Assembly: GCF_036321535.1 (NCBI RefSeq)
Contig: NC_087436.1
Coordinates: 44,642,001 to 44,706,000 of the forward strand
DNA from: Camelus dromedarius
Lineage: Eukaryota
Direction: 5' to 3'
Length of the DNA: 64,000 nt
Positions 39,181 through 52,210 of the stretch are shown one piece after another (the first letter of the stretch is position 1; the number at the start of each line of letters is the position of its first letter). Position numbers and translations under genes: made by a program. The notes beneath the pieces were generated by a model that had not been told where the DNA came from, searched no databases, and was given only the letters and a program-made list of their open reading frames with translations.

Positions 39181-39659
39181 CTCTAACGATGGCAAGCGTG
39201 TCTTCTTTTGTCTCTCCAGTGTCTACTGCAGGGTTGGGACAATAACAGGAGCTCAAACTATTTGATGAATGATTTTTAAAAGGGATAAGAACTTCAAACA
39301 CAAAGCCAAGTTCAATTAAATGATTATGAAGGAAATGTTGTCTTGGCAATTCATGTGTTATTAATAACTTTTGTCAGAAAAATGTGGAAGTGTGGGATAG
39401 GGTGATGATGTAAAAGGGAAATTTATGGAGACAGGAAAAGGTGAGGAGAGCTTCAGCTGAGTGACAAAGGCAGAGATACCCAATGAATAATGAAATAGCT
39501 TTGCAGTGCTTTTTGAGGATAATGATGTTGACGTACAAAATGAAAGAAAGGCCAGATGGGAACAACATTAAGGTGGAAGTGCAGATGGAGAACTAGGGGG
39601 AAGAGGAGTTGATGGAGAGGCATTCACCATCATGGAAAAAGTGCTGGGCAGGGAACCAG

Positions 39660-39775
39660 TATGCCCAAATTCTGATTCGAGACCTGTGAGAAACTAACTG
39701 TAGAATCTTCAGGAAAACAATCTTCCTGCGCTCCTCTGTAACATGAAGAGTTTGGATTAGAAGGGAAGTTCTTGC
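39660..39775 (+). mobile_element. MIR SINE fragment
   Basis: AAATTCTGATTC..ACTAACTGTAGAATCTTCAGGAAA..CTCCTCTGTAACATGAAGAGTTTGGATTAGA. Confidence 0.5.
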
Positions 39776-41140
39776 TCTGGGGAACCAGACATGCACTTTC
39801 AGCCCTAAATCTCTCTAATTCTTAGATTCCCCAGTTAGGGGAAGAAAAAGGAAGTGTTATATAAGACAGACTCTGGATGAACAGGAAGAATTAGGAACAT
39901 TTCTATTCAACCTACACAAAAAAGATTTTATGTGCCTTTCAGAAAAGAATAGAAGTAAAGGAAAAGTAATACATCTATCAGATGCAGTGGACAAAAAAGT
40001 ACGAGTAATGGGCAGAAGCCCTTTCAGCTCAATCTCCCGTCCCTTTTGCTAAGGAAGGATAGAATCATAATCTGGGGATATGCCCTCCAGAGCCACACGG
40101 TGAGGACAGTGGATGCAAAATCACATGATCCTGACTGGCCAATGAATTTCTTGCTCTGCCAAGGCTTTTGCCAGGAGAAAATCAGAAGAATCTGAATCTC
40201 AGAGCTGAATCTCAGAGCATCCTTTCTACAGGTCGCAACTTGACCAGGGACTAGTAGGTTCCCTGTGATGCCCTTTCCACCCTCTGCTTATTCCTTGGCA
40301 CGAGCAGTTTGAAGGCAGGTCCTGGTCCTCAAATTTCCTTCTTCCCCCAGGTTGTTACCTCAGATGCAGAAACTTCATGCTGGTGTCTTATTTATACATC
40401 AGACACATTAATTAAAAGTGGAGACCTTATTGTGATTGGCTCGTCTATTCTACCTTGCCTAGGGAGACAAAGTTCAGAAATACCAGAAATTAAAACGTTT
40501 TGCAGCAGTCTTGTTGATTAATACAACATGTTAAACTTTTGCTTGTTTTTTTTTTTAAGTGAGGTAGTTTCAGTTCATCTAAAACAGACACTTCCATCTT
40601 TTGCTTATCTTCCAATGTGAGATAACCACAAATAATTTTAGAAATCTCCCTTGAAAGAGAACGCAGGCCAGACAATGGTGTGATGTGGCCCAAGACATTA
40701 GAAACACTGGCTGGAAGCCAAGGAGCTTACACCTTGAAGTTCAACAGGGGAAAAAAGCGATTTTTCCAAAGATAAAAAGATGAGTAAAGTGGGGAGGCCC
40801 CAGGACTGATGGGTGGAAGTTGCCTGCATGTAACTGCAACATAAGAATAGAGTCTTTAAAAAAAATTATTTTAAATGTATTTATCTTTCAAAATTTTCCT
40901 TTTTGAAATAAAGACACATTGTATCAAGGTATACAATGTGGATATGTGGAAGGGATTATTTCACACTTCAAATGTGTGCTTGGAACTTTGATCAGAGCTG
41001 TGAATCACCTCAATTGTACACAGTTTGTATCTGAGAATTTTCCTACCTTATATTACAAAATGTCTCCTTGGATAATGGATAAACCACCCCAACCCCACAT
41101 AAGATGGAGAAAATGAAGTCACCAAAAATTTAGAGGAAAA

Positions 41141-41338
41141 CAGTGTTTCTCAAACTTGTTTACATTATTGCCCCAGAAGGAGTCTTTTTCAGACAATTTT
41201 TTTTTAAATCTCCCTCTGCTTGGCATTTAGTAACACAAATACACCATATATATCTATTTATGTATTAAAGATGTTTCTGCCCCTCAAAAGCAGTTTTCAC
41301 AACTTTGAGGATGATCCTGCCCCCATTAAAATGCTTGA
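41141..41338. mobile_element. hAT-Charlie family MER fragment
   Basis: Begins with the Charlie-type TIR CAGTGTTTCTCAAAC. Confidence 0.5.
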
Positions 41339-41359
41339 AGTAGAGAGAAAGCTCTATGT

Positions 41360-42600
41360 ATTTATATGCAATGTCTTTCTTTTGTCTTTTGCTTTTTTTG
41401 TTCAATATGCCTTGTAGCTTTTTTTGTCCCTCATTTCCTGCATTACTATTTCCCTTTGGGTTTAGTTGATTTTTTTGTAGGGTAATGGTTTGATTTCATT
41501 CTCATTTCCTTTTGTGTATATCCTATAGCTGTGTTCTTTGTGGTAGTGATTTTACATCCTAGTTATAACGTTCTGATTGAACTAATACATCTTAACTGAA
41601 ATATCATAGAAAATTATATGAAAGAGAAAATATGGAGTTACCAACCAGCTCTACTATAACAAGCTTTCATAGCTGTCCATGTATTTGCCTTTACTGTGAT
41701 TTGTATTTCTTCACCCAGCTTTGAGTTACTGTCTAGTGTCCTTTCACTTCAACCTATAGAGATACCTTCAGCATTTCTTGATATGTCTAATGATAGTGAA
41801 CTCTCTCTGCTCTTGTTTATCTGGAAATCTCTTCATTTCTTTCTCATTTTTGAAGGACAGTTTTGCCAAAAATAGGCTTTTGGGTTGACAGGTTTGATTT
41901 GTTTGCATGTATTTTAAACATATCAGCTCACTGCCTTCTGGTTTTCCAAATTTCTAATGAGAAATCTGCTGAAAATCTTAAGGATCACTTTGATGTGGTG
42001 AGTTGCTCTTCTCTTAATGTTTTCAAGATTTTCCCTAAATCAACAATACTTCAATAAAATTTTTTTTTTTAATTTTCTCTTTGTCTTTTACTTCCAATAG
42101 TTAGATTATAATATCTCAGTTTGAGCCTCTGAGTTCATTCTACTTGGAGATTCATGAATATATTTGGATCTTTATACTCATTTTTTACTAAATATGTAGA
42201 ATTTTCTGCTTTTACTTCTTCACGTATTTTCTCCGCCATGTTCTTACTCTTCTCCTTCTGAACTTCCATGATGCATGTAGTGTGTTTGATGGTGTCCCAC
42301 AGGTCACTTAGGGTTTGTTCACTTTTCTTCAAACTTCTGTCTTTGCATTCCTCAGACCCAATAATTTCCATTTCTCTTTCTGTCTTCAAGTCATCATGAT
42401 TTCTTCTGCCTATTGAAATCTGCTTTTGAATTTTGCTAATAAAGTTTTTATTTCAGTTATTGTAATTTTCAGCTCCAGAATTTCCTTTTGGTTTTTTTTA
42501 AAAATTTTCTATCTATGGATGTTTGCCTTTTGTCCATATATTGCTTTCTTGACTTTGTCCATGTCTTCCCTTAGTTCTTCAAGCATCTTTAAGTCTGTGG
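41360..42600 (-). mobile_element. Old LINE-1 ORF1/inter-ORF remnant
   Basis: Minus-strand translation KKSEQTLSDLWDTIKHT..IMEV...AEKIREEVKAEN resembles L1 ORF1p (NEQSLQEIWDYVKRPN...ENF). Confidence 0.8.
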
Positions 42601-44077
42601 TTTTTCAGATGTGGGGTTTGGGGCTACTAACTTAATGCTTATTAAAGTCAATTTTCTTTATCTTTAAAATGGGAATGATAAAATAATCCTCACTGGGCTG
42701 TTTTTGAATATTTAGGAGTTCCAGGAGAAGATTAATACAGATTATTGATGAATAATGTATATCTGTGCGTGAACTTCCATATCTTGATGTTTTTTAAGAT
42801 GATGTTATTGACACTGATCATAATCCAGTATAGGATGTGCTGGACTACAGAGGTGATTGTCAATAATGTTGTGACTACCACCGCATTCAGATACCCTCTT
42901 GCTGTGCATAAAGAAGTCTAGATGTTCAGACCTTTCTATGAGACATATGATTTCCTGAGAATTCATCTTCAAATAAGACTTTCTTTTCAAGTTACTGCTT
43001 GGTAAGCAGACTTCTAAATGTGTGCTTTGCATCAAAGTGTGGCCAGTGTTAGCCACCACAGCAAGAGGCAAGCTCTATTCTCCTTTTGTTCCGCTAAGCA
43101 GTGACCCAAGCACGTTACATTAACACCTTTGGAAAGATCAGGAGTATCAGATCCCTTATTGGCAAATGCACTATTCCCGTGCTTATTTGTGATTGTAAAC
43201 CACTCTGTCAGAATGAATTGTGTGGGCACTGGCCATTGTGGCCGTCATCATGAGTTGCTTACTTTAGAATTACTGAGAGTTCAATTTCATGTTTATTAAA
43301 TTTTGACCTCTCTGAAGAGTCTCATATCGAGGGTCCAGTTGAGATGAGGAGATAACAAGGAAGGCATTTTAAACGGGGCAGCAGAAGCCACGATGACAGG
43401 AATGACTCCAAAGTAAGTTATGCTGATAGTCGTCATTCTAGTGTTTGAAATAGTAGCAGTGCCTTCTCTTGAAAACCCCAAAGATGAAAGATATGTAAAC
43501 ATGAAATATGTGTTTATTCTTATACGTATTTTTTCCCCTTGTTACCTTCCAGCTGGCAGAGATTATAATGCATAGGCTTTCCTAGCATGAGACAGCTGTT
43601 GAATATGTCTCAGTGTGGAATGCTACTTACGGTCTACAGCAAAAATAGTAAAACCCACCTTTTTGCTACAAGTGTTTCCTGGTAAAGGTATAATAATTTA
43701 TACAGTGACTAAATTAGTTCTATAAAACTTCAGTATTACTTCTTTTTTTTTAACATTTTTTATTGATTTATAATCATTTTACAATGTTGTGTCAAATTCC
43801 AGTGTTCAGCACAATTTTTCAGTCATTCATGGACATATACACACTCATTGTCACATTTTTTTCTCTGTGAGTTATCATAACATTTTGTGTATATTTCCCT
43901 GTGCTATACAGTGTAATCTTGTTTATCTATTCTACAATTTTGAAATCCCAGGCTATCCCTTCCCACCCTCCACCCCCCTGGCAACCACAAGTCTGTATTC
44001 TGTCTGTGAGTCTATTTCTGTCCTGTATTTACACTTTGTTTTTATTTGTTTTGTTTGTTTGTTTTTGTTTTTGTTTT

Positions 44078-45142
44078 TTAGATTCCACATATGAGCGATC
44101 TCATATGGTATTTTTCTTTCTCTTTCTGGCTTACTTCACTTAGAATGACATTCTCCAGGAGCATCCATGTTGCTGCAAATGGCATTATGTTGTCGGTTTT
44201 TATGGCTGAGTAGTATTCCATTGTATAAATATACCACTTCTTCTTTATCCCGTCACCTGTTGGTGGACATTTAGGCTGTTTCCATGTTTTGGCTATTGTA
44301 AATAGTGCTGCTATGAACATTGGGGTGCAGGTGTCATCCTGAAGTAGATTTCCTTCTGGATACAAGCCCAGGAGTGGGATTCCTGGGTCATATGGTAAGT
44401 CTATTCCTAGTCTTTTGAGGAATCTCCACACTGTTTTCCATAGTGGCTGCACCAAACTGCATTCCCACCAGCAGTATAGGAGGGTTCCCCTTTCTCCACA
44501 GCCTCTCCAGCATTTGTCATTTGTGGATTTTTGAATGACGGCCATTCTGACTGGTGTGAGATGATACCTCATTGTAGTTTTGATTTGCATTTCTCTGATA
44601 ATTAGTGATATTGAGCATTTTTTCATGTGCTTTTTGATCATTTGTATGTCTTCCTTGGAGAATTGCTTGTTTAGGTCTTCTGCCCACTTTTGGATTGGGT
44701 TGTTTATTTTTTTCTTATTGAGTCGTATGAGCTGCTTATATATTCTGGAGATCAAGCCTTTGTCGGTTTCACTTGCAAAAATTTTCTCCCATTCCGTAGG
44801 TTTTCTTCTTGTTTTACTTCTGGTTTCCTTTGCTGTGCAGAAGCTTGTAAGTTTCATTAGGTCCCATTTGTTTATTCTTGCTTTTATTTCTTCTAGGAGA
44901 AAATTTTTTAAATGTATGTCAGATAATGTTTTGCCTATGTTTCCCTCTAGGAGGTTTATTGTATCTTGTCTCATGTTTAAGTCTTTAATCCATTTTGAGT
45001 TGATTTTTGTATATGGTGTAAGGGAGTGTTCTAGCTTCATTGTTTTACATGCTGCTGTCCAGTTTTCCCAACACCATTTGCTGAAGAGACTGTCTTTATT
45101 CCATTGTATATTCTTGCCTCCTTTGTCGAAGATGAGTTGACC
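44078..45142 (-). pseudogene. L1 ORF2p C-terminal fragment including Cys-rich knuckle
   Basis: 320-aa ORF with typical ORF2 C-terminal motifs: [59 protein letters not shown]. Confidence 0.93.
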
Positions 45143-46749
45143 AACAATTTTAAGAAGATAGAAATTATCTCAAGCATCTTTACTGACCACAATGCCATGA
45201 AACTGGAAATCAACAACAGAGAAACAAAGGAGAAAAAAAGGAAAGCATGGAGATTAAAAAATATGTTATTGAAAAAACAATGGGTCAATGAGGAAATCAA
45301 AGCTGAAATTAAAAAGTACCTTGAGACAAATGATAATAAAGCACAACCACCCAAAACCTATGGGACACAGCAAAGGCAGTGCTAAGAGGGAAGTTTATAG
45401 CAATACAGGCCTTCCTCAAAAAAGAAGAACAATCTCAAATAAACAATTTAACCCACCACCTGAATGAATTAGAAAAAGAAGAACAAAAAGCCCCAAAAAG
45501 CAGCAGAAGGAAGGAAATAATAAAGATCAGAGAGGAATTAAATACAATAGAGATTAACACGACCATAGAGATAATCAACCAAACCAAAAGCTGGTTTTTT
45601 GAAAAAGTAAATAAAATTGACAAACCTCTGGCCAAACTCACAAAGAAGAAAAAAGAAAGAGCACAAATTAGCAAAGTAAGAAAGGAAAATGGAGAAATTA
45701 CAACAAAATAGAAATACAGAATATCATACGAGAATATTATGAAAAACTATATGGAACCAAACTGGATAACCTAGAGGAGATGGACAAGTTTCTGGAAACA
45801 TACTGTCCACCAAGACTGAATCAAGAAGAATGTGAACACTTGAACAATCCGATCACTAGAAAGGAAATAGAAATAGCAATTAAAAACCTCCCTACAAATA
45901 AAAGTCCAGGACCGGACGGCTTCACTGGGGAATTCTACCAAACATACAAAGAAGAACTCATACCAGTCCTTCTCAAACTCTTCCAGACGATTGAAAAGGA
46001 GGGCATACTCCCAAACTCATTTTATGAAGCCACCATCACCCTGATACCAAAACCAGGCAAAGACACTACAAAAAAAGAGATTCATAGGCCAATATCACTG
46101 ATGAACATAGACGCCAAAATCCTCACCAAAATTATAGCAAATAGAATCCAACAACACATAAAAAAGATTATACATCATGACCAAGTGGGGTTCATCCCAG
46201 GGACACAAGGCTGGTTCAACATACGCAAATCAATCAGTGTAATACATCACATCAACAAGAGAAAGGACAAAAACCACATGATCATCTCAATCGATGCAGA
46301 AAAAGCATTTGATAAAATTCAACACCCATTTATGATAAAAACTCTCGTCAAAGTGGGTATAGAGGGAACATATCTCAACATAATAAAAGCTATATATGAC
46401 AAACCTACAGCCAGCATAGTACTCGACAGTGAAAAACTCAAAAGCTTCCCACTAAAATCTGGGACAAGACAAGGATGCCCACTATCACCACTCCTATTCA
46501 ACATAGTCCTGGAAGTCCTAGCCACAGCAGTCAGGCAAGAGAAAGAAATAAAAGGGATCCAAATTGGAAAAGAAGAGGTAAAAGTGTCATTATATGCTGA
46601 TGACATGCTACTATATATAGAAAACCCTAAAAGGGCCACACAAAAGCTACTAGAGCTGATTGAAGAATTCAGCAAGGTAGCAGGTTACAAAATTAACGTT
46701 CAAAAATCAGTTGCATTTCTTACACTAACGATAAATCAACAGAAGAAGA
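45143..46749 (+). pseudogene. L1 ORF2p fragment (end of endonuclease, Z region, reverse transcriptase), frameshifted
   Basis: IFTDHNAMKLEI (EN end), [46 protein letters not shown] and LYADDM are split over three ORFs (45104-45385, 45379-45711, 45780-46814), so there are at least two frameshifts. Confidence 0.95.
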
Positions 46750-47454
46750 CAGTATTACTTCTTTACTTTAAAAAATTAGATATTTTAAAAGATAAATGTA
46801 TGCAATGTATATGATGAATATAAATAATACAATATATAGTCTCATACAAATAAGTAGTATACATAATGTAAATAATGGCCAAAAATCTGAAAAAAGAAAT
46901 ACGAAATGAAATGAAGTTGAGCAAATATCACAATCAACATACTCTTTCCCTCTTTTTCTGAAATATTTAATTTTATCTTTTAAAAGTGCATTATCATTTA
47001 AAAGTTCTTATTTTAAAGAATTAATAGGAAACATTATTTTCCATAATTTAAATATGTATTTTTAAAGTGCAAGATATCACAATACTTAAAACTTGCTTCA
47101 TTTTAAAAATGAATTTTTTTGTGGCAACTTACAGAAGAATGTATACATAGCAGGATAAAGAAAAATAAGAACGTTAGGAAACAGGAAAAATAATGGTAGG
47201 AAAAGTTAAGTGAAATAAAGGGCAAGGTTACTACATGTATACAGGTATACATTTCTGTATATCTGCCTATGAACATCCTACAGACCAAAACAGAATAAAA
47301 CATGAATTAAAATACGACACCAGATCTATAGAGTGACTTTTCTTAGTGCTGAGATCACAAATATGTCACGGAGTGAAGTAAAGGTTTCATGATGAATAGC
47401 TTTGTGTGCGTGTGTGTGATGCTACTTTAAATTTGTTTCTAATTCATTTTTCGT

Positions 47455-47535
47455 ATTATTATTGAAGTATAGTTAGATACAGTGTGTCGATTTCTGGTGT
47501 ACAGAGTAATGTTTCAGTCATACATAAATAGAAAT
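47455..47535 (-). mobile_element. L1 extreme 3' tip
   Basis: TATTGAAGTATAGTTAGATACAGTGTGTCGATTTCTGGTGTACAG matches the 3' termini of the L1 copies at 24625 and 32142. Confidence 0.8.
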
Positions 47536-48700
47536 ATGAAAAATATCTATGAATATCATTTTTATAAAAGTACTACAGAACATTATGAGGTTTCATAGAT
47601 CTATCTCTCATAATAGAATTCAAACTACCAAAGTATAATGAATTAAAACTAGTTCCATGAGGAGATCCAAATAAGAGTAATTAGACAGCTGCGTGATGGT
47701 CTATCTTAGTCGAAAGATGAAATATCTAAAACAGAGGATGGAAGATAAGGAGTGGGAATTAATAGCAAAATTTTTTTTTAATAAAACCTTGCAAGGATTT
47801 TTTGTTTCTTGTAGCCAAAAGATCTTGACTAGCACATTCATGAAGGCAAACATTATGCTTTATCTGTGACCTCATAATAATAAATTGAATATTTATTATA
47901 ACTACATTTTGTGACGAGGCATCATAGCAATGCCTTTTTCAATGAAAACAAAAATCTCATTACCAAAAAACTATTCTTTTCAGGTATTTTATGGCTAGAG
48001 TGTTTTTTTCTTTAAATACAGTTTATTTTGTGCTTTCTTTTTTTCAACGTCTGTCCCTAAATATTTGTTATGCCTAGTGATAAAGTATTTACAAGAAAAA
48101 AATGTGGGGTAGAACAGTAATTTTTAAAATATTGGGTATTTTTTCATTCAGTATGTTCTCCTTATCCTCTCTCTTTTCTGACTTCATTTAATTTTATTGT
48201 CCACCTGGGATTTATTCCCTCAGAGAGAAATGGCAGAGAAGAAAGCAGAAATAACCTCAAAGTCACTCTTTTAAATTTCCCAACCCTAATATCATTAAAG
48301 TCACCATATTAGTTGTCTCTGAGTCAATATAAAACAAATCAGAACAGGCAAAGAAACAAACCCACCAAAAAACACAGCAAGTAGGGGAGTACTTCTAAGG
48401 GAAATGTAGGAGATTAGAGCAGGAACAAATTTCTCCTGAGATATTATGTATGTTATAAATAGTACATTTAACAGAGTAGGCAAAATCTGGAATTCTTTCA
48501 CCAGTTTCTGCTTCTTTATTTTTAGAATGAATTTACTTGACTGAACTAGTAAACTCATAAGTTAAGACAGTAATTTAGATAATAAATAATCACAAATTCT
48601 ATCAGCCGGCTCATACGCTCATCTGATCAGATTATAAAGTCTCCAGAACTTTTTTGCACATCCAGTGGTTAAGTGGTGAGAACAGTGGCTCTACTGAACT

Positions 48701-48830
48701 CAGGTGACCACATAATTTATCATCCAAGCTGGGACACTTATGAAAGTGAAAAAGGATGCTATTAGTAATCATACCAGAAAAATTGATATAATGGGACTTT
48801 TCAAACAAACTGAGATGTCTGTTCACATTT
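48701..48830 (+). mobile_element. MER94-like hAT-Blackjack MITE
   Basis: GGTGACCACATAATTTATCATCCAAGCTGGGACACTT..GAAAGTGAAA..GCTATT; ~130 bp with a decayed terminal inverted repeat (GGTGACCA / TGTTCACA). Confidence 0.75.
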
Positions 48831-49629
48831 TCCTTTAACAAAAAAATTTTTTAAAGGAAAGTTAAATTTGGCAAGTGTAGTGCTGATATTCAGTGATAAG
48901 AACTCTTTTTTTAACATGAGTTTTTCATTTTTTTAACTCAGAATTCAGACCTAGATTAGTAGCTTCCTTCTGATACGTGGTTTAAAATTATTTCCAGATT
49001 TAATTTTCCTTGTGGGAACAAATCAAATGTAATATAATAAACATGTAGTATTAAAATCTGTCCACAATAATTTAAGACAATATCATTCTAAAAACTGGAG
49101 AGAATTTGCTTTAGGGAATTTGATTTTTGTCTCTCAAAGACAAAATGGATTTAAAAAAACCCTAATTTCAAATATGTTGTGGCAAATGAGTGAAAACTTA
49201 AGTGCAGTAAAGTCCAAGGAACAGTTTTACGGAAAGAACATGGCTGTCACTTTATCCTACGCTTACTGTTGGAACCTTGAATCTAGTACAAACTTGATGA
49301 AGGTTTTTAAGCTCAGGATATGTAATGTAAATTATTTTAAATTTAGAGGCTAGGACATAACTGTAATGCATTTTTAAGAAGTGAATTAGTGTAATTCTAT
49401 GAAGATCAAATTGATCTTTGTAATACACATAGATAATGTAAGCATATACTATATGATAAATACATATGGATAAATAAATATCACTGTATATTGTAATCTA
49501 CTTAACTCATGAACTAAATTTTCCTTTAAATATTTTGTGTCATTCTTAATGACTGTCTAATGTTTTCTTGTTTCCATGTGCTATAGGTTATTTTTTTTTT
49601 CAAATGCTATAGGTTATTAAATTCGATTT

Positions 49630-49920
49630 TATCCAGATACGTTCTGCAAACACATTAGCTCATAAGGTGTTCTGGGAAAAAAAGAGGAGAGGGTAGATTC
49701 TGATTAAATACATTTGGAAAAATGGCATAGTATATCCCTTTCTTAAGAATTCATGGGATACAAATTAACTCATCCATGTAGTTCTGCATGAAGAAATCTT
49801 CTAAATTTTGATAACCCAGTCTTTCTCAAACTTATTTTGTCAAAGACTCTTTGACTCATGTAAGCCCTTTTCATGTCCTGTAGAATTAATAATTTGATTT
49901 GCTCACATGTTGGGTAATAT
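49630..49920. mobile_element. Old hAT-Charlie MER (MER112/113-like)
   Basis: ATACATTTGGAAAAATG and TAACCCAGTCTTTCTCAAACTTATTT motifs. Confidence 0.4.
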
Positions 49921-51944
49921 TGATTTTTTAAACTCCCTCTAGTTGAACTTTGAGGCTATTATCTTTAATTAACCAGTGTTCAAATTTAATGGTATTTAAA
50001 ATGGTTAGGATAGATAGCTAATAATGTTATAGTCTTTGATAATGATTTACTAAGAATACATTAAATCCAGAGATGTAAGAGTGGGCAAACTGATTTTTAA
50101 ATTTTCTTCTAGCTGTAATATTCTATAGTTTGTTCTATTATTATTAGCTGCAATGAAAGAGATAACTTTAAAGGATCATATGTCATTAAGGATATATATA
50201 TATTGAGATATATAAAGATTTTTCTTACTGGTTATTTCACTGTTTTAATTGGTCAGTGAGGAGAGAATCAAACTTTACAATTTATATGTAGTTATGATTA
50301 AATTAATTAAGATTAAAATTCCAGGTTCTGTCCAGATACTAAGTTGGCCTAAAATACACATACGTGGAGCAATTTAGACTTAGATCTTGGTGTAGAAATA
50401 TATTTATCTTTACTCCAAAACCAGTTAAGGTATTTTGGAAACCACAAATAGCTCTAAAATGAATCTGAGATTTTTTTCAGGGGTCTTATCTGTAAAATAG
50501 AAGAAATCCCTGAATGATAAAAACAAACAATTTTTTTTAAGCCTTAACAATTGAAAAATTACTTCTCAGTGCACTCAGGAAATTTGATGTCTCAGCTTTA
50601 GAATTATGTAAGTATTTCTTAATCGTAAATTATTGTAAGTACTTTTTTAGTTGACTGTGTGGGTGAAATGGTTTGCTTTTGTGGTTCGAGAGTAATGGAA
50701 AAGAATGTCGCTGTTTGGGTCTTTCTCTCCTATATTTTATTTTTTAAAGTAAAAGGAATAAAGGTGACAAGTTAAACAAAAAAAGACTGTAAGTGCTGTA
50801 GAAGCCAATATAATTTTTCATGTTTTTGAGGCTCTGGTGACATTTCATGAATTTCTAATTCTTCAATGTTATTTAGATTTTCAAAGGAGTCATTTAACTA
50901 ATTACATTTCCTGTTATGACAGTTTTGGTCTTGCATTCTTTAGTTTGGCTTGTTTAAATTTGTAACTTCTATACTGTACTGTTTAGTTTATGTGGTCTAA
51001 AACCTGTCAGGGTTTTCTGATATTGATGCCCTGATTGTATAAATAAGGTTTACTTTTTAAAAATTATTTTGTACAACAAAAGTTTTCTCCAGATTCAAGC
51101 TAATAAATATTATTCTGCTTGGTTATGCTATGGATTATTTTGTAAGAAAATTCTCATCCAGAGTGACTCATGCATTGTACATTCTTTTCATAAAAATGTC
51201 TCCTTCTCTCATTAATATGTAGCTACTTCTATGGTGAAAGGAAATCACTATTCAAAAGTGCCAAGCTGCAGGTCTACAAAGCCAGTCTCCGTTTCTTTCC
51301 AGGTTAGATGACTTTTGTATGGAAGTCACATTTTCATTATTTTTTTCTATTAATCTCATGTAGAATTCCATTTCAGCCTCATGTTTCTTAAATAGAATGA
51401 GCAGGCTGGGTTATATTAGCAATCTGAAGACTTGCACATATACATTAGAGATAATATTTCAGAAAGATGAAAAAAATTCTGCTCTCTTAGAAAGCTTCAC
51501 GTGTTCATTAGTGGTCACATCATGGCTATTTCCCCCTCCCTCACAGATGTTATGTTTGTATAACTTTTTACATATCTTCAGGAATCTTGTTTTTGGTCTG
51601 AGTACTATGCACACATTCATCAAATGTGTAATATTTAAAATATTATTCAGGACATTTTTGCTGCTTAAAAGTGAGGTATTTCAACAGGATACGCTGATAT
51701 CGAATTTTTTTCCCCCTTGTGCCCCTCTTGGTAAACCTCCCTTCATCACCTTTGTTATTTTCCTCTGACCAAATGACATCAGTCAGTCAAATTGTATAGA
51801 GTTAATTTCCTAGCTCAGGTGTTCAGAAGGATATTTTATAAATCATGCTTTAGGTGTTTCCTCTGCTTGAATAACAGGTCATAGAGAAAAATAATTCTAT
51901 GTTGTTGGAACATGTTTCATGTTATTTTATGTACTTATAGAATT

Positions 51945-52210
51945 GGGAGCAAAATTCTTATTCTCAAAGCCTGGCTCTGTTACTTATTTATTATAATTAC
52001 ATGTGATCTTAAGCAAGTGCTGAACCTCTTTCCTGTACGTTTTCTCGTCTAAGATAAAGTTAAAATGTGGAATTGGGAATTTGCAGCCTATAGAGGGCAA
52101 CTAGATAGCTATTTCATAGACTTTTTAAAATTAATATTAAAGGATACAATCATATGGAATACAAATTAGAACGTTTGCTACGTAACAGGCATTGTAATAT
52201 GGTAGCTATT
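51945..52210 (+). mobile_element. MIR SINE
   Basis: CCTGGCTCTGTTACTTA..TGTGATCTTAAGCAAGTGCTGAACCTCT. Confidence 0.7.

Larger units (their letters stand above)
43746..46749 (-). mobile_element. Young LINE-1, 5'-truncated with 5' inversion (twin priming)
   Basis: Poly(T), 3'UTR and ORF2 C-terminus lie on the minus strand (43746-45142) and join a plus-strand ORF2 EN-end/RT segment (45143-46749). Perfect TSD CAGTATTACTTCTTT at 43731-43745 and 46750-46764. Confidence 0.96.

Noticed and set aside
44580..45140. 186-aa hydrophobic plus-strand ORF (also 45435-45674 and 46319-46675 on minus)
   Set aside because: These are antisense frames of L1 ORF2, a common artefact.
45037..45385. Chimeric ORFs spanning the L1 inversion junction
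   Set aside because: They are by-products of the inversion, with no promoter or evidence of function.
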